From contig JAFTZH010000025.1 of NCBI GenBank assembly GCA_017464565.1, forward strand, positions 334 through 64,333: a DNA stretch of 64,000 nucleotides, written 5' to 3'. Each line of letters begins with the position of its first letter. The first letter of the stretch is position 1. Shown here in pieces: positions 1 to 9,471 of this stretch. This DNA comes from Clostridia bacterium (GTDB taxonomy: Bacteria > Bacillota > Clostridia > Oscillospirales > CAG-272). A model generated the notes under the pieces. It saw nothing but the letters and a program-made list of their open reading frames with translations. It made no database searches and had not been told where the DNA came from. Position numbers and translations under genes: made by a program.

Positions 1-942
1 GCGACGAGTATAACTCAAAACGAATTTCAAAAAATAGACACGCTCCGTGAACGACTGCTTGAGAGAATAGTCGGACAGGACGAGGCGGTTGAGGCGGTAT
101 CAAAGGCGATAAAGCGCAACAGAGCGGGAATTTCCTATAAGAGAAAGCCGGTGTCCTTTATATTCGCGGGACCTACGGGAGTGGGTAAGACCGAGCTTGT
201 AAAAACGCTTGCGGCAGACCTTTTCGATTCTCCCGAAACGCTTATAAGGCTTGATATGTCGGAGTTTATGGAGAAACATTCGGTCTCCCGCATCATAGGC
301 GCGCCTCCCGGATACGTCGGCTACGACGAGGCGGGACAGCTTACCGAGAAGATACGCAGAAGACCCTATTCGGTAATTCTTTTCGACGAGATAGAAAAGG
401 CACATCCAGACGTGCTGAATGTTATGCTTCAGATACTCGACGACGGAAGAATAACCGACGCGCGCGGAAAAACGGTAAACTTTGAGAATACGATAATCGT
501 TATGACAACCAATGCGGGCTCTGATAACTCGGCAGTAACCGTCGGATTTGCGGCGGATAAGCAGACTTCCGCGTCAAACAAAACCTTCAAGGCTCTCTCG
601 TCCTTCCTGCGCCCCGAGTTTCTTAACAGAGTTGACGAGATAATCACCTTTAATTCTCTTACCGAAAAGGACTTTTCTTCTATCGCGAAGATAATGCTAG
701 ATGAGCTTGCGAAGGCTTTGGAGGAGAAGAATATCGAGTTCAGATATACCGACGAGGCGGCGGCTCTTATTGCGAAGGAGTCATATTCGCTTCGCTTCGG
801 CGCGAGAAATATGAGAAGATATATCCGTTCCCACGTAGAAGATCAGCTCGCGGAGCAGATCATTTCGGACTACGATTCCAATATAAGAATTGCGTCGCTC
901 TCTGTCGGCGGCGATCAAAAACTTGTTGTTGAGTGTATTTGA
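1..942 (+). CDS. Clp/Hsp100-family AAA+ ATPase (ClpC/ClpB-like), C-terminal D2 part; 5' end outside window
   Basis: Frame 1 is open from base 1. Translation reads ..RERLLERIVGQDEAVEAVSKAIKRNRAG.., Walker A FAGPTGVGKTEL, Walker B ILFDEIEKAHPDV, sensor/arginine region GARNMRRYI. Confidence 0.9.
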   Translation, partial: ATSITQNEFQKIDTLRERLLERIVGQDEAVEAVSKAIKRNRAGISYKRKPVSFIFAGPTGVGKTELVKTLAADLFDSPETLIRLDMSEFMEKHSVSRIIGAPPGYVGYDEAGQLTEKIRRRPYSVILFDEIEKAHPDVLNVMLQILDDGRITDARGKTVNFENTIIVMTTNAGSDNSAVTVGFAADKQTSASNKTFKALSSFLRPEFLNRVDEIITFNSLTEKDFSSIAKIMLDELAKALEEKNIEFRYTDEAAALIAKESYSLRFGARNMRRYIRSHVEDQLAEQIISDYDSNIRIASLSVGGDQKLVVECI

Positions 943-944
943 TT

Positions 945-3638
945 ATGAACGAAAAATGGTTTTCTCGGGAGATATCCGACATTGAAAAAAAATTAAAAAC
1001 CAACGCCGCCTCAGGACTTTCTCCAAAGGCGGCTCGTTCTCGTTACAGAAAGAACGGCGGAAGCTCGTTCTATTTAAAACCCAAGAGGAGCGTTCTGTCT
1101 ATGCTCGGGGAGATAATGGCGGATTTTACGCTGATATTGCTGATAATATCCTCGATAATGGCTATCTGCTTTACCGAATATACAACGGGTATCACGCTGA
1201 CCGTGATTATAGTTCTCAATCTTGCGGCGTGTCTCTTCCTGTGCTTCCGAACACAGCGTTTGTTTGAATCGCTCTCGGCGTTTTTCAGACCGTCGGTTAC
1301 GGTTATCCGTTCGGGAAAGGCGTTTACGATAGACCCCGAGCACGTAGTAGAGGGGGACGTCGTTATTATAACCGAGGGTGATATCCTTTGCTTTGACGCA
1401 AGACTCGTAACCTCCGACAACTTGAAGCTTTCGGTAAGAGTTGACCGAGACACCGAGGAGGAGTGCGAAAAGCTTGCGGAGGGGTGCGTCAGGGAAAACG
1501 AGAACGATATCCGAAAAATGACTAATATGGTACACGCCGGCTCGCGTGTCGTATCGGGAAGCGCGAGAGCCATAGTAACGGCGGTCGGAAGATATACTTA
1601 TTACGGCGCGATGACGGGAGGGGTGAAGCTGCCCGAGGTGCGCGGAGTGCCTCACGGACTCAAGCTTCTTCGAAAATACTGCTCGTCTCTCGGAATGATA
1701 CTTACTTTGCTTATTCTTCCGTTCAGCGTATTGAGCCTTCTTTTCAGCCACGGAAACGTTACTCTTATGACTACCTTTACCGCGGCGCTCTCTATCGCGG
1801 CGTCCTCTATGTCCCAGCTTGCCTGCACGGTTTGCAGAGTATTCTTCGAGCGTCAGGCGAAAAGCTGTCTTTCGGGTCAAAATCCCTGCGTGCTTCGCAG
1901 CTCCGACGTTATGGACAGGCTGGTGTCGGTCGAGTATCTCTTTATGCTTGACGGAAGCGCGGTAAGCGACGGTGTGCTTCATTTTTCAAAGGCGGTGTGC
2001 GCCGAGGGCGAGATGTCGGTATTCAACGCGGTAAATCCCGCTGTGAAAACGCTTGCCGAGCTTGCGGCGCTCTATAACTCGGCGGAGAGCAAAACGCTTA
2101 CCACGGGTATTCACGCCCCGGGAAGATTTTCGGGCGCGCTCCGCGAATTCTCGGAAAAAACGGGAGTGGACAGCGAGGCTCTTAAAATAAGATGTAATAT
2201 TTCGGGATACGTTACGGGAAATTCAAAGGATAAAACCGACAAGCTGTTTTATACCGACAGGGGAAAGAAATATATTTTGAGCGTATCTCAGGACGTAAGC
2301 GCGCTCGCTTCCTGCAAAAGCGCTTATTACGGATCTTCAACGTTAGTTATGAGCGAGGATAAGCGAGCTTCTCTCGCCGCGTCGTATGAAAAATATAAGA
2401 AAGAGGGAAAAAAAGTTCTCGTGTTCACTCTTTCCGAAAACGAATTTTCGGGAGAGAGCACGTTCGCGGGAATGCTCGTGCTTTCCGAGTACGTCGATTC
2501 GGCGTTTACGGGAGCCGTGGAGGGACTTAAAGCGCTCGGTGTGAGGACCGTGTCCTTCGTCAATCTGGACGCGGGAGCTGACGAATACGAGGTCTCGGCA
2601 CCCGTAATCGGACATACGGCGTCTCTTTCGGATTTTATCGCCAACAAGGTTCCCGTTACGTATATGCTCGGAAGAGTCGGAACCTATCAGAATTTTTCTC
2701 CCAAGCATATAGACAAGCTTATAGCTCATATCCATTCGATGAACAAAAAGGTGGCGGTCATCTGCTTCTCGGACACATATAAAAAGCTTTTGGAAAAGCC
2801 CGACGTGTTTATAAGCTGTTCGGAATTGCAGTACCGTTTTTCGGGACGCTTTGAGGAGGAGATAGAGGCTATCGAGCTGCCGGGAAGCGCCGAGAGTCTT
2901 TCCTGCCGCAGAGACGTTAAGGCGGAGGCGGACGTTATAATTCCGAGACCGTCGGAAAACCGAGGAGGGCTTTTGTCTCTGAAACGCGCCTTTATGCTGT
3001 CGGGCGCGGCGTATAACAATCTGACCTGCTTTTTCAGATACGTGCTTTGCAGTCAGTTTATAAGGATAGTTACCGTACTTCTTCCTATGATATCGGGAAG
3101 CGTTTTTCTTGACGCTCGGCACGCGCTTTTCTGCGGATTTATAATAGATATCCTCGCTATGCTTACTTTCGTGTTTGAAAAATGCGGGGTAGAGACGGCT
3201 GTGGGATTCAGAAATCTTTCGGGAGAGTTCCGCGCGCCCGTAAGAAACAACGCTGGAATTATTATAGCCTCTGGCGCGGGCGGACTTTCGGCGGTGATAT
3301 TGCCTAATCTCGTGGGTGCTTTGGGTTTTGCGGGACAGTATTTTTATCAGACCGAAACCCTTTTCATTTCGGTGATACTTTTACAGATAACCGTTATGTA
3401 TTGTATAAGAATAGAGAATTTCAAACGCTTCGGGGCGCTTGAGCTTAACAAATTCGCGGCGGCGCTCGATATTTTCGCGGTGCTGTTTATCACAGCCTGC
3501 TTTATCATAGAGCCGCTCGGCGTGCTATTCGACGTGTTTGAGATAACCTTCCCGTATCTCGTTATGACCTTGATACCCTGCGCTCTGTGCGCTCTCTTGT
3601 ATTTTCTTATAGGAAAGCTTCGTATCAGAACCGAATAA
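945..3638 (+). CDS. P-type ATPase-like polytopic membrane protein with degenerate catalytic motifs
   Basis: 901-aa ORF (GTG 933 / ATG 945). Has a cation-ATPase N-terminal style segment (GLSPKAARSRYRKNG), an actuator-like VTVIRSGKAFTIDPEHVVEGDVVIITEGDILCFDARLV, and multiple TM helices at both ends. The DKTGT position reads LDGSAVSDG. Confidence 0.7.
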   Translation: MNEKWFSREISDIEKKLKTNAASGLSPKAARSRYRKNGGSSFYLKPKRSVLSMLGEIMADFTLILLIISSIMAICFTEYTTGITLTVIIVLNLAACLFLCFRTQRLFESLSAFFRPSVTVIRSGKAFTIDPEHVVEGDVVIITEGDILCFDARLVTSDNLKLSVRVDRDTEEECEKLAEGCVRENENDIRKMTNMVHAGSRVVSGSARAIVTAVGRYTYYGAMTGGVKLPEVRGVPHGLKLLRKYCSSLGMILTLLILPFSVLSLLFSHGNVTLMTTFTAALSIAASSMSQLACTVCRVFFERQAKSCLSGQNPCVLRSSDVMDRLVSVEYLFMLDGSAVSDGVLHFSKAVCAEGEMSVFNAVNPAVKTLAELAALYNSAESKTLTTGIHAPGRFSGALREFSEKTGVDSEALKIRCNISGYVTGNSKDKTDKLFYTDRGKKYILSVSQDVSALASCKSAYYGSSTLVMSEDKRASLAASYEKYKKEGKKVLVFTLSENEFSGESTFAGMLVLSEYVDSAFTGAVEGLKALGVRTVSFVNLDAGADEYEVSAPVIGHTASLSDFIANKVPVTYMLGRVGTYQNFSPKHIDKLIAHIHSMNKKVAVICFSDTYKKLLEKPDVFISCSELQYRFSGRFEEEIEAIELPGSAESLSCRRDVKAEADVIIPRPSENRGGLLSLKRAFMLSGAAYNNLTCFFRYVLCSQFIRIVTVLLPMISGSVFLDARHALFCGFIIDILAMLTFVFEKCGVETAVGFRNLSGEFRAPVRNNAGIIIASGAGGLSAVILPNLVGALGFAGQYFYQTETLFISVILLQITVMYCIRIENFKRFGALELNKFAAALDIFAVLFITACFIIEPLGVLFDVFEITFPYLVMTLIPCALCALLYFLIGKLRIRTE

Positions 3639-3744
3639 CGAAAAACGCGGGGAAGAAAAGAATATACGCATATTCCGCAAGCATAGATTATATGGGACGG
3701 TACCTTTAGGCGCCGTCCCGTATCTTTAAAAAAAGGAGGAGCTT

Positions 3745-4035
3745 ATGGAGCGGTTCAGTACCTGCGAATTGCGTGAGAAAGAGGTTATAAACGTGTGCAA
3801 CGGAACGAGGCTTGGCTGTCCGTGCGATTTTGAGTTTGACGCCTGCGACGGAAGAATAACGGCACTGATAGTGCCGAGAGGAAGCGGATTTCTCGGTCTC
3901 GGAAGGGGAGACGATATAGTTATTCCTTGGTGCAAGATAGAGTGCATCGGCGCCGATACGATACTCGTTAAATTATCTCCCGAGGATTATTTGGACAGAG
4001 ACAGGGACAAGAAAAAAAGAAAAAACTTCTGGTAA
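3745..4035 (+). CDS. YlmC/YmxH-family (PRC-barrel) sporulation protein
   Basis: 96 aa, SD AAGGAGGAG upstream. MERFSTCELREKEVINVCNGTRLGCPCDFEFDACDGRITALIVPRG..VIPWCKIECIGADTILV matches the YlmC/YmxH pattern. Confidence 0.8.
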   Translation: MERFSTCELREKEVINVCNGTRLGCPCDFEFDACDGRITALIVPRGSGFLGLGRGDDIVIPWCKIECIGADTILVKLSPEDYLDRDRDKKKRKNFW

Positions 4036-4068
4036 TTGTAAATAATTTGTTAATTGTAAAAAGCCGGC

Positions 4069-4097
4069 TTGAAGTATTATAATAGATATGGTATAAT
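4069..4097 (+). promoter_or_regulatory. sigmaA-type promoter of rpsB-tsf
   Basis: TTGAAG (4069-4074), 17 bp spacer, TGgTATAAT extended -10 (TATAAT 4092-4097). Confidence 0.6.
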
Positions 4098-4233
4098 ATC
4101 CGCATATGCGTTGGCTTAAATTGCCACGCAAATTCAAATACACACACGTGGCTTGACAGCGTAACGGTGTTGCCCGCGCGGGCAATTAAAGCGCAGAACT
4201 ACGTGGTGGAAAAACCGAAGGAGGACATTAAAA

Positions 4234-4995
4234 ATGTCAGTAATTTCAATCAAACAGCTGCTTGAAGCAGGCGTCCATTTCGGACATCACACGAGAAGAT
4301 GGAACCCCAAAATGCAGGAGTACATCTTTACCGAGAGAAACGGTATCTACATCATCGACCTTCAGAAGACCGTAAAGAAGTTTGAGGAAGCTTACAACTT
4401 CGTACGCGACGTCTCCGCTGAAGGCGGCACGATTCTCTTCGTAGGAACGAAGAAGCAGGCTGCAGACGCTATCAAGGAAGAGGCTCTTCGCTGCGGAATG
4501 TATTACGTAAACGTTCGTTGGCCCGGCGGAATGATGACCAACTTCAAGACTATTAAGAGATCTATCAGCCGTCTCAACAGCCTTGAAAAGATGCAGGAGG
4601 ACGGAACCTTCGATCTTCTTCCCAAGAAGGAGGTTGCTATAAAGCAGAAGGAAATGTTCGACCTTGAAAAGAACTACGGCGGAATCAAGACTATGGAAAC
4701 CCTTCCTTCCGCAGTATTTATAGTTGACCCCAAGAAGGAGAGAAACGCGGTTCTTGAGGCAAAGAAGCTCGGTATTCCGGTAATCGCTATCGTTGATACC
4801 AACTGCGATCCCGACGACGCCGACTACATTATCCCCGGAAACGACGACGCTATCCGCGCTATAAAGCTCATTTCCTCCGCACTCGCTGACGCGGTTATCG
4901 AGGGAAGACAGGGCGAGCAGATGGAAGAGGCAGCAGAGGCAGAGACCGCCGAGGAGGCTGCCGAGACTGTTGCGGCTGAAGCAGACGCAGAGTAA
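4234..4995 (+). CDS. rpsB: 30S ribosomal protein S2
   Basis: [27 protein letters not shown].. is a canonical S2 N-terminus. SD GAAGGAGG upstream; acidic Ala/Glu C-terminal tail. Confidence 0.97.
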   Translation: MSVISIKQLLEAGVHFGHHTRRWNPKMQEYIFTERNGIYIIDLQKTVKKFEEAYNFVRDVSAEGGTILFVGTKKQAADAIKEEALRCGMYYVNVRWPGGMMTNFKTIKRSISRLNSLEKMQEDGTFDLLPKKEVAIKQKEMFDLEKNYGGIKTMETLPSAVFIVDPKKERNAVLEAKKLGIPVIAIVDTNCDPDDADYIIPGNDDAIRAIKLISSALADAVIEGRQGEQMEEAAEAETAEEAAETVAAEADAE

Positions 4996-5032
4996 TTTAT
5001 AAAAATTATCATAACGAAAGGAATATATAAAA

Positions 5033-5962
5033 ATGGCTAACATTACGGCTAAGGACGTTGCGGCGCTCAGAGCAAAGACCGGTATCGGTATGATGGAGTG
5101 CAAAAAGGCTCTCGTTGAGGCTAACGGCGACGTTGAAGAGGCAATAAAGATACTTCGTCAGAGAGGTGAGCTTAAGGCAGAAGCAAAGGCAGCGAGAATT
5201 GCCGCTGACGGTATAGTTGATATTATGAAGGAAGGCAACGTAACCGCGATGATCGAGGTCAATTCCGAGACCGACTTCGTTGCAAAGAACGCATCCTTCC
5301 AGGAGTTCGTAAAGAATATTCTTAAGACCATAATCGCAAACAAGCCCGCTGATCTCGACGCGCTTCTCGCAAGCACCTACGTTGACGGAAGCGCGACCGT
5401 TGAGGCAAAGCTCAAAGAGATGATCTTCGTTATCGGAGAGAAACTCAGCATTCGCCGCTTCGTAGTTGTTGAGGGTGTTACCAGCACCTACATTCACGGC
5501 ACGGGTTCTATCGGCGTTATAGTTTCCTATGACGTTGACGCGGCAGTTGCAGAGACCGAGGCTTTCGCTGCTTTCGCAAAGAATATCGCTCTCCAGGTAG
5601 GCGCTTATCCTACGCCTTATCTTGACAAGGATTCCGTTCCCGCCTCGGTTATCGAGGAAGAGAAGAACATTCTTATGGCGCAGATAGCAAACGATCCCGC
5701 AAACGCAAAGAAGCCTCCTCAGATTATCGAGAAGATGGTTTCCGGAAGAATAGGAAAGTTCTACGACAACAACTGCCTGCTTGATATGGCTTACGTTAAG
5801 GACGACGAGATTAAGGTTGGCAAGTACGTTGAGAACACCGCTAAAGAGCTTGGTACTTCTATAAAGGTAACGGGCTTCCACCGCTTTGAAAAGGGCGAGG
5901 GAATCCAGAAGAGAGAAGAGAACTTTGCTGACGAGATAGCAAAGCTTACCAACAAGCAGTAA
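5033..5962 (+). CDS. tsf: Translation elongation factor Ts
   Basis: MANITAKDVAALRAKTGIGMMECKKALVEANGDVEEAIKILRQRG is the UBA-like EF-Ts N-terminus; located directly after rpsB. Confidence 0.97.
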   Translation: MANITAKDVAALRAKTGIGMMECKKALVEANGDVEEAIKILRQRGELKAEAKAARIAADGIVDIMKEGNVTAMIEVNSETDFVAKNASFQEFVKNILKTIIANKPADLDALLASTYVDGSATVEAKLKEMIFVIGEKLSIRRFVVVEGVTSTYIHGTGSIGVIVSYDVDAAVAETEAFAAFAKNIALQVGAYPTPYLDKDSVPASVIEEEKNILMAQIANDPANAKKPPQIIEKMVSGRIGKFYDNNCLLDMAYVKDDEIKVGKYVENTAKELGTSIKVTGFHRFEKGEGIQKREENFADEIAKLTNKQ

Positions 5963-5984
5963 TTTAATAATGGTGAATATATTT

Positions 5985-6238
5985 CGGGGAGAAACTTTTT
6001 GCAAAAAGTTTCTCCCCGAACCTTTCTTAAAAAACTTTGAAGCGTTTTATGCGAGGGGGGACTTTTGAAAAAGTCCCCCCTCGCACTCCCCTTCAAAAAC
6101 CTTAAAGCAGGTATGATATGAATTTTCGCCTTGCTGTCTGTAGAAAGCAGGACAAATACATAAACAAGACCCAAGCCATAAGGATTTTTGGAGTAGGGGT
6201 GTGGGGGAGAACCTTTTTTCAAAAAGGTTCTCCCCCAC
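5985..6238. repeat. Composite copy of a nested palindromic intergenic repeat (three GC-clamped hairpins plus complementary arms)
   Basis: Hairpins at 5985-6018 (cggggagaaactttttgcaaaaagtttctccccg), 6051-6084 (gcgaggggggacttttgaaaaagtcccccctcgc) and 6201-6238 (gtgggggagaaccttttttcaaaaaggttctcccccac). The arms between them are mutually complementary and are similar to 11391-11500 and 37680-37890. Confidence 0.85.
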
Positions 6239-6257
6239 ATTATAAAACACATATACC

Positions 6258-8906
6258 TTACTTATTCAATTTTTCAAGTGCTGTCAGGACACCTGAGAGG
6301 TTCTCACGATATTTTGCCAGCTTCGCACGTTCAGTATCTACGACCGCGGCGGGAGCTTTGGCTACAAATCCCTCGTTGGAGAGCTTTTTTTCAAGCCGCT
6401 CTATCTCGCCGAGCAGCTTCTTCTGCTCACCCTCAAGCCTTGCGCGCTCCTTTTCGGTATCGACGAGGTCCGCGAGCGGCAGGAATACAGTCGCCGAATC
6501 GGTGATTATCTGTATTGCACTGTCGGCGTCGATTATACCGTCGAAGCCTTCTGCCACCTCGACCTCGGACGCCGAGGCGAGACGCTTGAAGAATACTGCC
6601 GAGCGTTCGTTGAAGCTGTCGGCGTGTTTTGTGGCGATATATACCTTCGCTTTGCGCGAGGGAACTACGTTCATCTCGTTACGCCTTGCGCGTATCGCTT
6701 TGATAGCGGATATCGTTCTCATCATCGCCTCCGAGTCTGCTTCAAAGCAAAGCGAGCCTGTGTATTCGGGATAAGAGGATATCATAATACTCTCGTCGGT
6801 ATGCGGGAGAGACTGATATATCTCCTCGGTGATGAAGGGCATAAACGGGTGCAGAAGCTTGAGAGTACCGACGAGAACGTAAGCGAGAACGTTTTGCGCC
6901 GTAACGTTTTCGGGAGTATCCTTTTCGGTAAGGCGAGCCTTGCAAAGCTCAATGTACCAATCGCAGAAAATATCCCAAGTGAAATCGTATATCGAAGCGA
7001 GAGCTACACCGACCTCAAATTTGTCAAGCGAGGAGGTAACGTTGCTTACGAGCTTGTTGAACTCGTTGAGTATCCATTTGTCCTCTTGAGCGAGAGCGTC
7101 GGAGGAGGGGAGCCTTATCTTGTCTATTGTCAGATTCATTCTTACGAAGCGGGAGGCGTTCCAAAGCTTGTTGGCAAAGTTTCTTGCCGCCTCTATCTTT
7201 TCGTCGGAGAAACGCATATCGTTTCCGGGAGAGTTACCCGTTGCGAGTGCGTATCTGAGCGCGTCGGCACCGTACTTGTCGATTATCTCAAGAGGGTCGA
7301 TACCGTTTCCGAGGGACTTTGACATCTTGCGTCCCTGCGCGTCTCGGACGAGTCCGTGAATGAATACCGTACCGAACGGTTCCTTGTCCATATGTTCGAG
7401 GCCCGAGAATATCATTCTCGCAACCCAGAAGAAGATTATATCGTAACCGGTTACGAGAACGCTCGTGGGATAGTATTTCTTAAGATCCTCGGTCTGCTCG
7501 GGCCAGCCGAGAGTAGAGAAGGGCCACAGGGCAGAGGAGAACCAAGTGTCGAGAACGTCGTTTTCCTGACGTACCGACGCCCCGCACTTCGGACAAGTGC
7601 AAATATCTGTCTTGGAAACGGTCATCTCTCCGCAGGAGTCGCAGTAGAACGCGGGTATACGGTGACCCCACCAAAGCTGGCGGGAGATGCACCAATCGTG
7701 AACGTTTTCCATCCAGTTGACGTATATTTTGCTGAATCGTTCCGGCTCGAATTTAACTCTGCCGTCGCGTACTACCTCAAGAGCGGGCTTTGCCAAGGGC
7801 TCCATTTTTACGAACCACTGGTTCGAGGTGAGAGGCTCGACGGTGGTTTTACAGCGATAGCAGGAGCCGACGTTGTGTGCGTGGGGAACGGTCTTTATAA
7901 GATATCCCTCTGACTCAAGGTCAGCGACGAGAGCCTTGCGGCACTCGTATCTGTCCATACCCTCGTATTTGCCGGCGTAAGCGTTCATAGTAGCGTCGTC
8001 GTTCATAACCTTTATCTGTTCAAGATTATGTCTCTGACCTACGAGAAAGTCGTTAGGGTCGTGAGCGGGCGTTATTTTAACGCAGCCCGTACCAAAGCCT
8101 ATCTCGACGTAATCGTCGGCAACGACGGGAATTTCACGGCCGACTATCGGCAGGATAAGCGTCTTTCCGATAAGATGCTTAGTGCTTTCGTCGTCGGGGT
8201 TTACCGCGACCGCCGTATCTCCGAACATAGTTTCGGGGCGGGTGGTAGCAACCTCAACGAATCCGTTCTCGCCTTTTATGGGGTATTTGATGTGCCAGAA
8301 ATATCCTTCCTGTTCGGAATACTCAACCTCGGCGTCGGAAAGAGCGGTTATGCAGTGAGGACACCAGTTGATTATTCTGTTTCCTCTGTATATAAGTCCC
8401 TTGTCGTAGAGATTTACGAAAACCTCTCTGACCGCCTTTGAGCAGCCCTCGTCCATCGTGAAGCGCTCGCGGGACCAGTCGCAGGAAGCGCCGAGCTTTT
8501 TGAGCTGGCTGATTATTCTGTTGCCGTACTGATTTTTCCAATCCCATACGCGCTCAAGAAATTTTTCTCTGCCGAGGTCGTAGCGGGTGATTCCCTCGTT
8601 TACGCGGAGCTGTTCCTCAACCTTTATCTGCGTCGCTATTCCCGCGTGGTCGGTTCCCGGTACCCAGAGCGTGTTGTAGCCCTGCATTCGTTTATAGCGT
8701 ACGAGGATGTCCTGAAGCGTCTCGTCAAGGGCGTGTCCCATATGGAGCTGTCCCGTTACGTTTGGGGGCGGAATGACCACCGAGAAATGTGGAGCGTTGT
8801 TTTTCGGGTCGGGAGTGAAATATCCCTTTTCCGACCAATTTTTGTATATTCTGTCCTCAAATTCAGAGGGGGAATATACTTTAGGCAATTCGTGATAAGA
8901 ATTCAT
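6258..8906 (-). CDS. valS: Valyl-tRNA synthetase
   Basis: 882 aa, HIGH-type [20 protein letters not shown] present, C-terminal coiled coil; SD AAGGAGG upstream. Confidence 0.97.
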   Translation of the reverse strand: MNSYHELPKVYSPSEFEDRIYKNWSEKGYFTPDPKNNAPHFSVVIPPPNVTGQLHMGHALDETLQDILVRYKRMQGYNTLWVPGTDHAGIATQIKVEEQLRVNEGITRYDLGREKFLERVWDWKNQYGNRIISQLKKLGASCDWSRERFTMDEGCSKAVREVFVNLYDKGLIYRGNRIINWCPHCITALSDAEVEYSEQEGYFWHIKYPIKGENGFVEVATTRPETMFGDTAVAVNPDDESTKHLIGKTLILPIVGREIPVVADDYVEIGFGTGCVKITPAHDPNDFLVGQRHNLEQIKVMNDDATMNAYAGKYEGMDRYECRKALVADLESEGYLIKTVPHAHNVGSCYRCKTTVEPLTSNQWFVKMEPLAKPALEVVRDGRVKFEPERFSKIYVNWMENVHDWCISRQLWWGHRIPAFYCDSCGEMTVSKTDICTCPKCGASVRQENDVLDTWFSSALWPFSTLGWPEQTEDLKKYYPTSVLVTGYDIIFFWVARMIFSGLEHMDKEPFGTVFIHGLVRDAQGRKMSKSLGNGIDPLEIIDKYGADALRYALATGNSPGNDMRFSDEKIEAARNFANKLWNASRFVRMNLTIDKIRLPSSDALAQEDKWILNEFNKLVSNVTSSLDKFEVGVALASIYDFTWDIFCDWYIELCKARLTEKDTPENVTAQNVLAYVLVGTLKLLHPFMPFITEEIYQSLPHTDESIMISSYPEYTGSLCFEADSEAMMRTISAIKAIRARRNEMNVVPSRKAKVYIATKHADSFNERSAVFFKRLASASEVEVAEGFDGIIDADSAIQIITDSATVFLPLADLVDTEKERARLEGEQKKLLGEIERLEKKLSNEGFVAKAPAAVVDTERAKLAKYRENLSGVLTALEKLNK

Positions 8907-8928
8907 AATAAAGACCTCCTTAAAATAT

Positions 8929-9155
8929 AAAAAGAAAACCCCACTGCCCGTATATCAGGGCGTGGAGTACGCGGTACCACCTGATTTCGCGCGCAAGCGC
9001 GCATCTCGTTGCGCTATAACGTGGCGACCGTTGCGGGCTGCTTTTTTCACCCGTACCGCTCATACGGCGACTTCGGCGGGACCTGACGCAGACTTACACC
9101 AACCGTCTGCTCTCTTTGCTCAAATTTACCGCTTACTACTCCGAATCAATGCGTT
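8929..9155 (-). promoter_or_regulatory. T-box leader (tRNA-sensing riboswitch) of valS
   Basis: The minus strand reads AAAUCAGGUGGUACCGCG (complement of 8970-8987), the conserved T-box sequence. This is followed by a terminator CCACGCCCU..CGGGCAGUGGGG + UUUUCUUUUU (8929-8967). AGAGAG and GGUUGGUG stem-I-like elements lie upstream. Candidate specifier GUC (complement of 9069-9071) in ..CCGAAGUCGCC.. Confidence 0.85.
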
Positions 9156-9161
9156 TGAAAC

Positions 9162-9190
9162 AGTATAACATATTTTTTTTTCAAAGTCAA
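9162..9190 (-). promoter_or_regulatory. sigmaA-type promoter of the valS leader
   Basis: Minus strand TTGACT (9190-9185), 17 bp, TATACT (9167-9162). Confidence 0.6.
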
Positions 9191-9253
9191 GGCTTTTTTT
9201 CTCCGAATAATTATTATTTTGAAAAAATATTAAAAATAAAAATGAAAAAAGAC

Positions 9254-9282
9254 TTGACAAAATATGAGCTATCTGTTATAAT
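9254..9282 (+). promoter_or_regulatory. Consensus sigmaA promoter of tRNA-Thr(GGT)
   Basis: TTGACA (9254-9259), 17 bp, TATAAT (9277-9282), about 10 nt before the tRNA 5' end. Confidence 0.75.
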
Positions 9283-9291
9283 AACAGAGTC

Positions 9292-9367
9292 GCTGGTATG
9301 GCTCAGTCGGTAGAGCACGTCATTGGTAATGACGAGGTCATCAGTTCGATTCTGATTACCAGCTCCA
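9292..9367 (+). tRNA. tRNA-Thr (anticodon GGT), CCA encoded
   Basis: Folded by hand as GCTGGTA/TACCAGC acceptor, GCTC/GAGC D stem, CGTCA-TTGGTAA-TGACG anticodon arm, ATCAG-TTCGATT-CTGAT T arm, discriminator T, CCA. Confidence 0.9.
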
Positions 9368-9375
9368 TACAAAAA

Positions 9376-9406
9376 GGGAGAAACCGTTATGGTTTCTCCC
9401 TTTTTT
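9376..9406 (+). terminator. Intrinsic terminator after tRNA-Thr(GGT)
   Basis: gggagaaaccgttatggtttctccc followed by tttttt. Confidence 0.8.
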
Positions 9407-9420
9407 GCGCTGACGTTGGC

Positions 9421-9454
9421 GGGGGAGGAGCTTTTTGAAAAAAGCTCCTCCCCC
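9421..9454. repeat. Solo hairpin copy of the palindromic repeat family
   Basis: gggggaggagctttttgaaaaaagctcctccccc, a perfect 34-nt palindrome, near-identical to 11391-11424 and 37698-37730. Confidence 0.85.
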
Positions 9455-9471
9455 GTATAAATCATATTAAT

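Noticed and set aside
1-942. Assigning the partial Clp ATPase specifically to clpC versus clpB/clpE
   Set aside because: Only the D2 and C-terminal domain are in the window. The discriminating N-domain and middle domain are missing.
1074-1982. Long antisense ORFs opposite well-supported genes. Examples: 1074-1982, 4246-5103, 5009-6004, 15780-16499, 19724-20695, 21275-22144, 26249-27169, 28130-28930, 32357-33427, 36354-36947, 38030-38581, 48300-48986, 55545-56297
   Set aside because: Each lies fully inside a gene with clear family motifs on the other strand. Their translations are low-complexity and Arg/Ser/Leu-rich with no SD, which is typical of shadow ORFs in a biased-codon genome.
6118-6774. 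218-aa plus-strand ORF starting in the tsf-valS spacer
   Set aside because: The N-terminal part is a translation of the palindromic repeat (..WGRTFFQKGSPPH..), and the rest is antisense to the valS 3' end.
9214-9465. ORFs containing GEELFxKSSSP-like peptides (9214-9465, 11217-11426, 11366-11548, 5791-6252, 6047-6250)
   Set aside because: The shared peptide is just the translated GGGGGAGGAGC..GCTCCTCCCCC palindrome. The ORFs overlap a tRNA gene, promoters or terminators.
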